Counted from the first letter of the whole stretch, positions 50,307 through 62,733 are shown. The stretch is 63,972 bases of DNA, filler included, from Craspedostauros australis (GCA_030167865.1; 7 parts of 7 records of this genome joined end to end with filler, not necessarily neighbours in it); one strand, 5' to 3'. The notes: a model not told the origin generated them from the letters alone. Numbers and translations: made by a program.

Positions 50307-51194
50307 ATCCGCAGAGATACTCAACCACCCACGTGATGAAATAGCAAACAGAAACAGCATTTACACCATCGTCTACCAGTAGGGAATCACAGTGCGTGGA
50401 ATTTGCAAACCTACACAGATTTTGTTCAGCTCTGCCAACAAATAGTCAGGGATAGGCTTGAACAATCAGGTCTTCTTTGCAGCCCAACCCGGTGTTACAA
50501 CAGGAGAGTTGAGATTCAATGAGGGACAGACTATTACCGAACACGGTATCAACCTGATGGGAGAAATTCTTGTTTTGGCGCGAAATCTTCNNNNNNNNNN
50601 NNNNNNNNNNNNNNNNNNNNNNNNNNNNNNNNNNNNNNNNNNNNNNNNNNNNNNNNNNNNNNNNNNNNNNNNNNNNNNNNNNNNCACCTTGGGAACTATA
50701 TGCTCCTCAGATCCTTTTACTACAACATACCTCGATTCCCTCCATGCTGATGACTACTGCACCACTGCCGTAGTCTTAGCGCATGTATCCAACCTGCTTC
50801 AACTCAAGCAATGGAATCCGAGAGCCAGCTCCAACCACAGCCACTACTTCATGGTCGTCACTGCCATGTGCCATGATCTACACTGCAGTGTATCTACATA
50901 TGTGGAGAGCAAGGCGCTGTAATGACTGTATACCCTGTAGCACTGAACCAAGTACATCAGTGCAGGGTCTCGCCAAGTTGTGTGACATCGTTTCTTCACC
51001 CTATTAACACCACAAGCTAACTCATAATAAACTCAGACAAGGATTAGCTACAAAGCACTCATCTACTCATCGTTACAGTAACAACTCTTCAATCAGTACA
51101 CCTCTCTTGAACTGCATCACACGGCTATCCCGAAGCCGGCAGATTCACGAGGCATTCACCACCGATTCGTGCCAACTACGCTCGAATCCTAACT
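50307..51194 (+). mobile_element. 3' end of a degenerate Ty1/Copia element: RNase H remnant, PPT and 3' LTR (50507-51194)
   Basis: Decayed fragments HPRDEIANRNSIYTI and DFVQLCQQIV resemble the Copia RNase H C-terminus. Purine tract AGGAG precedes an LTR running AGTTGAGATTC...GAATCCTAACT, homologous along its length to 51815-52502 (94 N inside). Confidence 0.7.
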
Positions 51195-51814
51195 AGGAGG
51201 AAGATCTATACCAGCAGTTGTATCCTTCCACGTCGTGTCATGATCAGCAGTTTCCATGAGGTTGGTGCAAATGGCTGTTTTGAATACATTTGCTTCACTC
51301 TCTTCCAGACTTTATACCTCTTTGTTGCCTGTTTTGTATCCACTGGTACTGGTTGGCATGATGACTCGTGTTCTTCCTTCACTGTCGCTCCAATTTAGTT
51401 CACGACAAAGCACTCCCAATCCTCTTCCTCCACCAATTTGGCATCGATGGCATTTGAGGCTTCATTCACTATTGCCATCCCTTCCATTGCCGATGCCTTC
51501 ACCCATTCTCTTGTCATCATTTCCATCCCATCCATCATCATCATCATCTTTTCTCTTGCCAACACCACCTTCATTGCCATCACCATTGCCGTTCATGACA
51601 GAATCATTCAGGTTGCTTTCGCCATCACCATCTTTGTTGCCATCACCCCCATCGCCCTCGACGACGAAATCATTGTGGGAACCACCACCACTTTCGTTCC
51701 CATGGCAGCGACCATCGCCACCGGCAACGCCAACGCCATCCTGGGCGTCATCACGGCTATATATGCCAACACCGCCACAATCAACACCATCGCTGAAGCC
51801 AGCATCATTGTGAC

Positions 51815-52502
51815 AGTTAGGATTCGGGCGTAGACGGCGCGAATCGGTGGAGGATGCCTCTTGGATCTGCTGGCTTCGGGATAGCCGTGTGATGCAGTTC
51901 AAGAGAGGTGTACTGATTGAAGAGTTGTAACTGTAACGATGAGTAGTAGAGTGCTTTGTAGCTAATCCTTGTCTGTTATTATGAGTTAGCTTATAGTGTT
52001 AGTAGGGTGAAGAAACGATGCCACACAACTTGGCGAGACCCTGCACTGATGTACTTGATTCAGTGCAACAGAGTAGACAATCATTACAGTGCTTTGCTCT
52101 CCGTACATGTAGATACACTGCAGTGTAGGTCATGACACTTAGTAGTGACGGTCATGAAGCAGTGGCTGTGGCTGTGGCTGAAGCTGACCCTCGGATTCCA
52201 TTGCATGAGTTGAAGCAAGTTGGATACACATGTTAAGACCACGGTAGTAGTGTGGTGGTCATCAGCATGGAGGAATCGGGGTATGTTGTAGTAAGAGGAT
52301 CTGAAGAGCATATAGTTCCCAGGTGGGGTGTGAGTCAGGTCGGTCATGTTTGAGTCATGATGGATTCGTGAATGGAGGAGAGGAAGGAGGAGAAAAGATT
52401 TGGTGGTCAATCAAGTCGGAAGATTTCGCGCCAAAACAAGAATTTCTCCCATCGGGTTGATACCGTGTCCGGTAATAGTCTGTCCCTCATTGAATCTCAA
52501 CT
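51815..52502 (-). mobile_element. Solo LTR (688 bp) flanked by a 5-bp target-site duplication GTGAC
   Basis: Reverse-complement copy of 50507-51194. GTGAC at 51810-51814 and 52503-52507. Imperfect terminal inverted repeat AGTTAGGATTC...GAATCTCAACT. Confidence 0.8.
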
Positions 52503-54829
52503 GTGACCATCAAATGCATCACGGACGTTGCCATGTCCTTTGTCACACTGCACAAGGAACTACTGAAGACGTATTGGCCTGTTGTTGCATGCCCTGGTCG
52601 AAGCTCTTGTGTTTTATTGTGAGTCGTCCGAGGACGATCTCTGACCAGTATTTTGGATGAATACGACAAGTAAAACGTAAGAAGGACAGTAAAGCTGTTA
52701 TCCTTCATGAAATAGGAGTAGTACCTTCATGCGCGGTCTGGGGTTGCCGTCGTCAAAATGGAATGGTGGATGTTGATCTTCATGAGCAAGTTGTCAAGCA
52801 TGGCCGATGGTTGAATTGGATTGAGACCTCTGATTATTCATTGTCGATGGCATGGATGATACCAATGAAGGGTTGTTGACACAAACGGAGATACATGTGA
52901 AACGGTCAGAACAGGGTGATAGAACACAGATGAAAGTGGGTACTTGCCTCAAAATTGGGAGTGATCAAGTCCGTCAATGAAGTAGAGTGAAACTGTGTGA
53001 TAGTGTTGTTGTGCTCTGAGTGGTTAATTGATGTTAGATGGTATGTAAGCTGGCCCAATTCAGAACTGTTGGAGTCTGAATTGTGAGCAGATGGAGATGA
53101 AATGATGAAAAATGATGCTGAGGCAACATGTGTTGCAACACACAGCAGAGCATGAAGTGCAGTGCATNNNNNNNNNNNNNNNNNNNNNNNNNNNNNNNNN
53201 NNNNNNNNNNNNNNNNNNNNNNNNNNNNNNNNNNNNNNNNNNNNNNNNNNNNNNNNNNNNNNNNNNNNNNNNNNNNNNNNNNNNNNNNNNNNNNNNNNNN
53301 NNNNNNNNNNNNNNNNNNNNNNNNNNNNNAATGCGATCTTGCCAAATTTGATGGGATTGATGAGCTTGTATCTGAGCCAAGATGCTCAGGTACATTCACT
53401 CACCAAGACAGTAGACATGTATGTTCATGTGCACATAAGGAGGATGACAAGCAGGGCCTGACATCCATCCTTCAACTCATTACCATCTTCAGATACCAAG
53501 ACAGGTATNNNNNNNNNNNNNNNNNNNNNNNNNNNNNNNNNNNNNNNNNNNNTTAATTAATTAANNNNNNNNNNNNNNNNNNNNNNNNNNNNNNNNNNNN
53601 NNNNNNNNCGTAGGGTTTGCGTAGCCCAAGTACCACAGGAGGGGGCCCTTTTGTTGGGTTGCTGTCAGAAAAGGGCGTAGGGTTTGCGTAGCTCCAGTAC
53701 CAGGGGAAAGTTTCCCTCCATCAAGTTGGAAGCTGGGCGAAGGTCATCTTGCGTGTATTCCCACGTGGAACTGTACCGTGGATCCAGCAGTCTTGTATCG
53801 GCATCAAGTTTTCGGTGGGGAGGGGTTCCGATGACACAGTCATTGGGACCCTTTTTCCATGGGTCCTGGATTTCAAAGAGTTTCTTCGAAGACTTGTGCC
53901 TGCTCCAAACATGGTTATGTCCGAAACGTGGTTCAGACCGATTCGTGGGAAAACGAGTCATGTGTTCCAGGAAATCCTTCCTTAGCCTAACTGCTAGTTT
54001 AGCTCTATTACCAAGTTTGTCATTTGCATCCGTGACGATGATAGTGGGCAGCTGAGGTGTCAACCATTGGTAGTGGTACCCTTTCGTACAATTTCGTACG
54101 CATTGGTGCTGTATCGTCCCCCATCGCACATGCTGTACTCGTACCACGCACTCTGACACTCATCCTTCTACTTTCACAGATGTTCTTTACTTTCACGCAC
54201 ACGAATCGAACAGCCAAAGCGCTAATACTCATCCTCGTCTTTGTTCGCACGCTAGGTCGCACCCTCGGAAGGTGATGGACAGAGTGCGAGCTACCGACAA
54301 TACATCGAGGCATGAGTCGTCAATGCAAACAGAGAAACAGAAGGCAAGGCAGACTCATCCGCTCCTATGATTGCATGCTTGATTGCATGCTAGATCGCAC
54401 CCTCGGAAGGCGATGGGTCAAGCACGAGTAGCAGAAGAGGTCGGTCGGAGGGCAATGCCAACCATGCGAGTACACACCTCTCTACTGTACACTCTAATCG
54501 TGTCCACCAGCGACCTCCAAAGGCTCCTTTTCAGCGTTGCGTCGATGATCCTCCCAACATGTGCTTTGTGACGATGTCGGTGACGATGAGAAAGACTTCC
54601 GAAGAAAGTGGTATGATGTATTTGATTTGCTGTGTATCTCACCCCGACAACGACCAGTCTCACCTTCAGCCGTCTCATCGACAAGGAAACCAAACGAAAG
54701 TCACCAAAATGAGTCTCCGAAAATTGGCGCCAAACAAAACAACACGTCAAAACAGATTTGCAGTCACAAGCCCATGATTAGACCTCTCTGGATTGTTGAA
54801 AGAGTGTGCGCGGATACGACGATGCCGAC

Positions 54830-56386
54830 ATGAGGAGGCCACCAGGATCAGGATCAGCATCAGCATCGTCGACACCTTGGTCGGTCGGTCCGATCCTTCG
54901 GATGGTCCTCGCCATCGCCATCTTCCTCAGCCTTGCGCAGATCTCATCGCTCCGCTTCACATCCAACCTCTTCGATGTCCCTGATGTCATCATCACATCG
55001 TTCAAGGGGGATGGTAACACAGCCACAGCCACAGCCACGCGCCTCCAATGGCCGGAAGCCACTCCGTCGGGACTGTCGGGCGTGCTGAAGATGCCACCGT
55101 TCGACGCGATCCACGACTTCTCGACAGGCCACAGACCGCAGCGGTTCATGGCAGGGTACAGCAGGGATGATCTGCTGTAGGGTCGTGGGGTGTCATTCGA
55201 GGACAACGAAGACGGGACCGTTGACATGACAACGTTCCCTGCTGCGCCATCCACAGCGGACGACAGCACACAACGGTTTGCTGGCATGACGCGAGAACAG
55301 CCCAGCGATGGCTATTCGGCCGCGTGGCTCGTCACCGTCAACCGCTTGCTCAGCAAAGGCCGCATCAGCCTGCAGCATCTTCACGAAGCCAAGAGCATAA
55401 ACCTGGAGTTTGGTCACTTCGCAATGAGCGCGAAGAGCTGGAATCTGCAAGCCGTCGACATGTTCGATTTCTTCGTGCATCATCTGTCGTACTACGAGAA
55501 GATCACGGGCAGGAGCGCGGAGCTGCTGGGCGACACGATCCAGCTGTTGGAAGGCATGCAGGATGACTACGAGCGCAACGACTTCTACAATAACGCCTCG
55601 AAGCAACGCAACGGACACACCTTGGCGATCATAGCGTACTACGCGGCCAAGCTCAACGGCCCAGCATTGCGACGCAGCCAGCTGTTCCTCAACATCACGG
55701 TCAAGACGGTGGCGGCCGTGTTCCCAAATGTTGTCGTATTCGTGGGAGATCCATCCGACTACGCCTACGTCGCGCAGAGCAGCGGTCTCAATCGGTATCT
55801 GTACGGCGTGCAGTTCATCAAGGATCTGCGGTCGTTCGATCGCTTGACGTACAGCACATTGGTCACGGCAAAGGAACTGCTGCGACAGAATGTCTACAGC
55901 CAGGATGAGATTGATTTCGTCTACTACACCGAGGCCGACGAGCTGCCGCACATGCGTGACATGCACTACTTGCTGCGGCATGCGCTGCAGCCAGCACCTA
56001 CTGGTCGATTCTCTTCGTCCGTCATCATTCCGCATCGTGGCCAACCCATTTCGATTGCGTCGGATGTGTCGCAGGTGACTTTGGAGGCGCACAAGAAGAG
56101 GTACGACGACGTAGACTTGGGTGGCAAGCGCGTGGTGCATGATGTGCCGGATCTCATGTCGAGCAGCTGCTGCTTTGATCGTCCCAACATCCGACATGGA
56201 CCCTTCGTCAGCCCGGAGGAGTTGATTTTCATCACAAATTCCACGCTGGAGCTGTTCAGGCAGCACCGCAGCTTCTCGCATGTGGCTGGCACGGGCAACA
56301 TCTTCAAGAAGATGTTCCGTCTGTGCCAAATGTCAAGTCCGCGGCAGATGTGCTTGTCTTCGTCGGCACGCTGGTGGCGCCGATAG
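54830..56386 (+). CDS. Type II membrane glycosyltransferase-like (GT-A-like) protein with an in-frame TAG at 55178-55180 (intron or nonsense allele)
   Basis: An N-terminal TM helix (ILRMVLAIAIFLSLAQI) and the downstream 398-aa ORF are in the same frame. TLAIIAYY, VVVFV and DxD-like FVYYTEAD segments suggest GT-A topology. A possible intron 55014-55256 would remove the stop. Confidence 0.6.
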
Positions 56387-57156
56387 CGTTGATGACGTCG
56401 ACGTTGGTGTTGGATTGGAGCTGAGCTGACTGAGATGATTGCTCGAAGTGATCTGCTCGCCAGGCACGTCCATCAAGACTCACCAACGACCAAGCAGGGG
56501 GTGCCAACAGACTTACCGCCTGGCCGACCAGCCAGCATCATCATCTGCGTGACAGACCACCATGTTGTTGGCAGCCGTCTCCAGCATGCCACGACAACGC
56601 GTCGGTGCAAAGCAATCATACCAAGTCTTCCATTCTCAAATTTATCACAGTGCCAGCCATGGGATCGTTGCGACGCAATGCTGGCAAAGATTTTGCAGCT
56701 GCATCCAGGCTGTGCCGATACAATGTTTTGCTCAGAACAATTGGTTCGTCGAGTGTGGGGTATCAGCCACCTCCAGCACGTGTAGCAAGTGATCGAGTGG
56801 TGCCGTCGATGTCCCTTGGCTGATTCATATTTCCCAGAGGTAAGGTGAGACAAGCCGTCATCGTGCGGCCTTCGTCAGCAAGTGACGCGCATTTGGGCTG
56901 ATCCATCCCATTTGTATTGCACGAATAGTATGTCTGATTCAACGCACGCCATACAAGTACGAGAAGAGTCAGAGCGTTGCATAAGCCCCATGAAAGCCAA
57001 ACTGCTCAGAACCACCTACCTATCCAGTTGATTCTCTCCGCGTCACGAGGGAAACCGCAATCATGCACTCCATTTCTACACTCTTGCAGCAGATCCCAGG
57101 ATGATGAGAGCGAGTGCATAGCATTGTGTAGCTTTGGGTTGCGATGCATTAGTTGG

Positions 57157-58239
57157 TTACATAGCCGGAGATGTTAATATCCACTTTTCGCCGCCGTCGT
57201 CTTCCACCTGCTCTTCACCGTCTTCGTCAGCATCGTGACCATCATCATCACCACCAATATTCTGATCGACCAATACTCCGTCATTGGTCCCATCGTCAGC
57301 ATCATGGTCCTCGGTGCTTTCCTGATTCTGATGATGAGAATGATCAGCGCCGTCTTCTATTCGTGCATCCGCCATCTCCTCACCTTCATTACCTTCGTTG
57401 CCTTCGTCTTCCTGCTCCTCTTCCTCATCGTCGTTGTTGCCGTTTGTGTTGCCGTTTGCGTTACCATTGCCGTTGCCATCACCTGCCATCTCATCAACTT
57501 CGATGTCGATGGCAGCCATTCCTTCTGCGCCATGCGCCTCCGCGGTCGTGTCCGTCCGCATGGCCAAGGCGCGCAATTTCCATGTCTGCTTCTGTTCGGC
57601 ATCCACTCCCGTCTTCCATTGTCCAGCGACGATGCGAATCAGCTGATTGCTGGGCAATTCTGGATTCTGCGCCTTGACCGTTGGATACGTCTCCTGCACG
57701 AACAGCGTGTACGCCGTTTGTTGGCGCTTGCGTCGATTTGGATTGATCTTGCGTTTCCTGGCCTTGGGTTTGCGACCCTGTTTCTTGCCCTTGTATTTGG
57801 GAACGCCATTCTCATCGAGGGGTGGCAGTTGGGTTGGATCGATGGCTGCGGTGCGGAATGTTGGGGTGGATATCATCGCACGTCACGCGTTGGCCATGGT
57901 TGTTTCATTGTTGCAAATGGTGATGAGTGATAAAGGAGATTGCGGTGCGATGAGAGATCAAACAAATGAGACAAGACGACGACCGCTAATTTCAATGTGT
58001 AGCAAAGACAGGGCTTTGCTTGCCACAACCCTGCCTGACTCACCGTACTGATCCTGGGCGGCCTGCGTGACACCGAATTGCACCGACAGCATGCGTGCCT
58101 GCTCGTTGAGGCGGTCGGCCTTTTGCTGCGACAGATCGGCCTCCTGCCTCAGATGTCGCACGAGGGCCTTCGTGGCAGAAAAGTTGGGATCATCAGGATC
58201 GGACAGCAGCTCCACGAGCAACGCGCTGGTGTCGGCCAT
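57157..58239 (-). CDS. HMG-box protein (~294 aa) with N-terminal coiled coil, basic linker and acidic tail; 2 exons
   Basis: Exon 1 58239-58044, intron 58043-57846 (GTGAGT...CAG, phase 1), exon 2 57845-57157. HMG box KRQQTAYTLFVQETYPTVKAQNP...IVAGQWK...QKQTWKLRA; D/E-rich C-terminus. Confidence 0.85.
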
Positions 58240-58699
58240 TGTGGAATCGTGCGAATGTCGTTGCGCATGCGCCTCTTCTCGTCTCGTCTTGCGTGTGCAT
58301 ACTTGCGTGTGCGTACTTGCGTAGAGCAGCCTATCCTATCTCAACATGGCTGTTCGTTGTTGCGCTTGATGCAGCCGCCGGAGTACGGATATAATGGACA
58401 AAGGGCGGCTCATAGTACGAGTATGATGATGCCTCTACAGATCGAGAAATGTGTTGGATCTGTTGGGTAACAGATTTGTTGGTGATCATTGACGTGATCA
58501 TTGTCGTGGTGATTTCCCGGTGATTTTGTTTTCATTTTGTTTTGTTTTGCGGCGCGTCTGTCCTTTCGTTCGTATTTTTTAGTGTGTTCTTGTCCTGGAG
58601 TGTGTCCGAGATGCAAAATTAGGAGAATGGGGTTGGATACAAGAGGGGGAGGAGGGGGAAGTCAACACCATCAACTGTGATACTCACACATCCATGTGC

Positions 58700-58728
58700 T
58701 CACACACACACACACACACACACACACA
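58700..58728. repeat. (CA)n microsatellite at contig end
   Basis: A perfect CA run leads into the linker and probably caused the assembly break. Confidence 0.9.
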
Positions 58729-60661
58729 NNNNNNNNNNNNNNNNNNNNNNNNNNNNNNNNNNNNNNNNNNNNTTAATTAATTAANNNNNNNNNNNNNNNN
58801 NNNNNNNNNNNNNNNNNNNNNNNNNNNNATTCACAAGCCGAGCGACAAATCGCGCACACTCCAGAATACATTCGTGACTTTCCGATACGACACGACACGA
58901 CACGACACGACATGCCATGCTACTGATACCAGTACCATACGTATTGGGTAGATCGACGAATGGATGGATGGAGCGAGCTGTGATCATCCCAAGGATACCG
59001 TATCGACACACTTGGCGACGAACCATAGTCGCCGTATTGGTACCATCGCAGGACATGGTGCAGATACGCGGAGCAAACGCCGGTACGTGCAGCCACAAAT
59101 TGCTACACGCAACTGTGAAAGNNNNNNNNNNNNNNNNNNNNNNNNNNNNNNNNGCAGAAGTCAGCACATTTGCTCTTGGAGTCAGTCCAGTTGTACCAGA
59201 CAATGTTACCAGCATCATGGAGATTGCATTGTACTTGGAGCAGAGCATTTGGGAGCAATCATTCAAGAATCTTATTCCATTCGGCATGCTGCTTGGTGTC
59301 GGCGGCGATGGTTTCCTCGTAGCATTCTGTGGTTATGCTGCAGGTGCCCACCTTGTGCCTACTCTAGCAATCCACTGATTAGATTCTTATCATTGAACGA
59401 TAGGTATGTTCATACACTAGACAGCGTACGACAGCACCATCATACCCACTCTGGCTTGCGCAGGAGTGTGAGAGCCACAACCTGGAGTTGTGCNNNNNNN
59501 NNNNNNNNNNNNNNNNNNNNNNNNNNNNNNNNNNNNNNNNNNNNNNNNNNNNNNNNNNNNNNNNNNNNNNNNNNNNNNNNNNNNNNNNNNNNNNNNNNNN
59601 NNNNNNNNNNNNNCAATTGCAAACATTACTGCATTCATCCTTTGCACGATCCTCTCCGTTGGATGAACTCCATACCTTGATTTCAACGCTTCCGACATAA
59701 CCACCCACCAATACGATGCATGCGATTCACCCTGTGCCATTTTTAGTTCGGCGCGTTGTGTTGCCGGATTCTCGTTTTCTCTCGTGTTATTTCTCACGAT
59801 AAAGTTGCAATATCTTCCCCTTTCNNNNNNNNNNNNNNNNNNNNNNNNNNNNNNNNNNNNNNNNNNNNNNNNNNNNNNNNNNNNNNNNNNNNNNNNNNNN
59901 NNNNNNNNNNNNNNNNNNNNATTTCGCAATTCCGCCTGGTGCTATTCCTATGCCAACAAAAGCATACCTATGTAGGGACCCCGTGATATTCTTCGCACTA
60001 ACATTTTTGCACCCTCGCCTGAACGTTTCCATCACGCATTCTATCGGTTTCGACGTCTGGAGGGACGAACCACTCTCATCTCCTCCGCCTCATTGTTTAC
60101 TTTTTAGTCGTCCAATTTTTGTTTCGCAATTCCGTCTGGTGCTATTTCTACCCAACCAAATCCATACCCATGCAAATTCCTCTCCGTCGACATGCACCTT
60201 CTGGAGGGCATCGTCAGTGTCATGCACGATTGGCGCGATTGAGGTGAGTCTATGCCATTACAGTTGCATCAACCATTCGTATTGCGCAATAATGCATGGT
60301 GTCCGGCTGATGGGAAAGGGGAAGTTGTGCCTGAGCGATCTACACGCTCCGAATTGATGTTGCTCGCAATCCTCTTGCGAGGGCTCCGGGCTCCAGCAGA
60401 CTGTGTGTTGACTTTCAATTGCTCGCGGATCCGTGTGGTGTTGGCCTTTTCGAATTCNNNNNNNNNNNNNNNNNNNNNNNNNNNNNNNNNNNNNNNNNNN
60501 NTTAATTAATTAANNNNNNNNNNNNNNNNNNNNNNNNNNNNNNNNNNNNNNNNNNNNGTACATGTTATGGCATGTCCTGGAATGATGTATGTATGGATTG
60601 GTGAAAGGTAGTATTAGTACGAATGAAGAAAAGCGTATTTCACAACAATGTACTCTCTACC

Positions 60662-60881
60662 AAACTCAGTATCGTTTTGTTGCTCTCTTTCTCATTGATT
60701 GTTGTACAGTCCATGTCAGTGAATGATTGTCCACAAAACTCAGTATCGTTTTGTTGTTCTCTTTCGCATTGATTGTTATACCGTCCATGTCAGTGAATGA
60801 TTGTCCACAAAACTCGGTATCGTTTTGTTGCTCTCTTTCGCATTGATTGTTATACAGTCCGTGTCAGTGAATGATTGTCCA
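60662..60881. repeat. Minisatellite, 3 x 74 bp
   Basis: AAACTC(A/G)GTATCGTTTTGTTG...GAATGATTGTCCA recurs at 60662, 60736 and 60810. Confidence 0.92.
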
Positions 60882-60928
60882 GACAATCAAAAGAGCATGT
60901 TGCAAACAAAAGAATGTGTCATGGTCAA

Positions 60929-61685
60929 CCATCCACAACAAGAATTTTTCCACCACAGATGGGATTTTTTGCAAACTTTACTGTTCACAAACCAGGCATT
61001 GTGAGTTTGCGTATGTATGCAAAAACAAAGTTCGGACTGTTCCGCAAAGAACAACAATCCACAACAAGAATTTTCCACCACAGATGGGATTGTTCGCAAA
61101 CTTTACTGTTCACAAACCAGGCATTGTGAGTTTGCGTATGTATGCAAAAACAAAGTTNNNNNNNNNNNNNNNNNNNNNNNNNNNNNNNNNNNNNNNTTTT
61201 CCACCACAGATGGGATTGTTCGCAAACTTTACTGTTCACAAACCAGGCATTGTGAGTTTGCGTATGTATGCAAAAACAAAGTTCGGACTGTTCCGCAAAG
61301 AACAACAATCCACAACAAGAATTTTTCCGCCACAGATGGGATTTTTTGCAAACTTTACTGTTCACAAACCAGGCATTGTGAGTTTGCGTATGTATGCGAA
61401 AACAAAGTTCAGACTGTTTCGCAAAGAACAACAATCCACGACAAGAGTTTTTCCACCACAGATGGGATTGTTTGCAAACTTTACTGTTCACAAACCAGGC
61501 ATTGTGAGTTTGCGTATGTATGCGAAAACAAAGTTCGGACTGTTTCGCAAAGAACAACAATCCACGACAAGAGTTTTTCCACCACAGATGGGATTGTTCG
61601 CAAACTTTACTGTTCACAAACCAGGCATTGTGAGTTTGCGTATGTATGCGAAAACAAAGTTTGGATTGTTCCATGAAGAACAACG
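60929..61685. repeat. Satellite array, ~6 x 126 bp
   Basis: CC(A/G)CCACAGATGGGAT recurs at 60950, 61075, 61201, 61327, 61453 and 61579; one internal N gap. Confidence 0.95.
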
Positions 61686-62204
61686 ATTGCGTACAAAAAG
61701 CCATAAACTTTGTAACCTCATGATTGTGTGTTTATGGCTGTTTACTCCAGATTGTTTGTCTGTCTGTGTGTCTGTGCTGAACTCCCGGTGTCTGTCAGTT
61801 GAGGACACAGTCGGCCCACCCAACCTCCAAAGTTGACATCAACCAAGACAAAAGGGCAGGGATGAACAGGGCTGAGATGTTGCAGGACCTCGGGGTTTGC
61901 TCGTTTAGCACAGGATCATCATCCAAGAAAGACCGATTTCGAGCTACAACCATGGCTGCAGAGATGGTTTCTTGTTCTGTGGCTGTTTATGCATATGGCT
62001 GTCTGTGTTTGTGTATGTTTGCTTGTGACTACCAAACAATCCACATTTTACTACATTTGTGTCTGTTTGTGTTCTTACACAGCCATAGAGTGCAACAAAA
62101 GCCAAAAAGAGGCTTGTCACAATCTGCTGTGCATGGTCTGTTTGTGTATCCATTGATTTGCTTGTCTTTGGCTGTCAGTGTAGCTGTTATTTTTGGAATG
62201 GAGG

Positions 62205-62733
62205 AATAAAGTTACGCAAAGATTGTAATTGACGGATAATAAAGTTACGCAAACATTGTAATTGACGGATAATAAAGTTACGCAAACATCATAATTGGCG
62301 GATGATAAAGTTACACAAACATCATAATTGGCGGATAATAAAGTTATGTAAAGATGATAATTGACGGATAATATAGTTACACAAACATTGTAATTGACGG
62401 ATAATAAAGTTACGCAAACATTGTAATTGACGGATAATAAAGTTACGCAAACATCGTAATTGGCGGATGATAAAGTTACACAAACATCGTAATTGGCGGA
62501 TAATAAAGTTATGCAAAGATGGTAATTGGCGGATAATAAAGTTACACAAACATCGTAATTGGCGGATAGTAAAGTTACACAAACATCGTAATTGGCGGAT
62601 AATAAAGTTACGCAAAGATGGTAATTGGCAGATAATAAAGTTATGCAAAGATGGTAATTGGCGGATAATAAAGTTACACAAACATCGTAATTGGCAGAGA
62701 ATAAAGTTACGCAAACATGGTAATTGGCAGATA
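62205..62733. repeat. Minisatellite, ~16 x 33 bp, running off the contig end
   Basis: Consensus GGATAATAAAGTTACRCAAACATCGTAATTGGC; head-to-tail with no spacers. Confidence 0.95.

Noticed and set aside
51256..51902. Pro/Ser-rich and Gly/Asp-rich ORFs between the LTRs
   Set aside because: Low-complexity CAT/CAC sequence is open in several frames; there is no recognisable domain, and one ORF starts inside the LTR.
53609..54159. 164-aa minus-strand ORF and a short direct repeat (CGTAGGGTTTGCGTAGC at 53609 and 53676)
   Set aside because: The ORF has no recognisable homology and lies at a contig edge; two copies are too little to interpret and are not a telomeric array.
58829..60457. ORFs on the gap-rich 1.6-kb contig
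   Set aside because: Most span N runs and show no motifs; only a ~50-bp diverged direct repeat (59921 and 60121) is visible.
60871..61836. 321-aa and 239-aa repeat ORFs
   Set aside because: They are translations of the 126-bp satellite across an N gap; one unit is 125 bp and shifts the frame.
62205..62733. 33-bp repeat as a CRISPR array or an 11-aa repeat protein
   Set aside because: Units are head-to-tail with no spacers, and the open frames follow from a period divisible by three, with no credible start.
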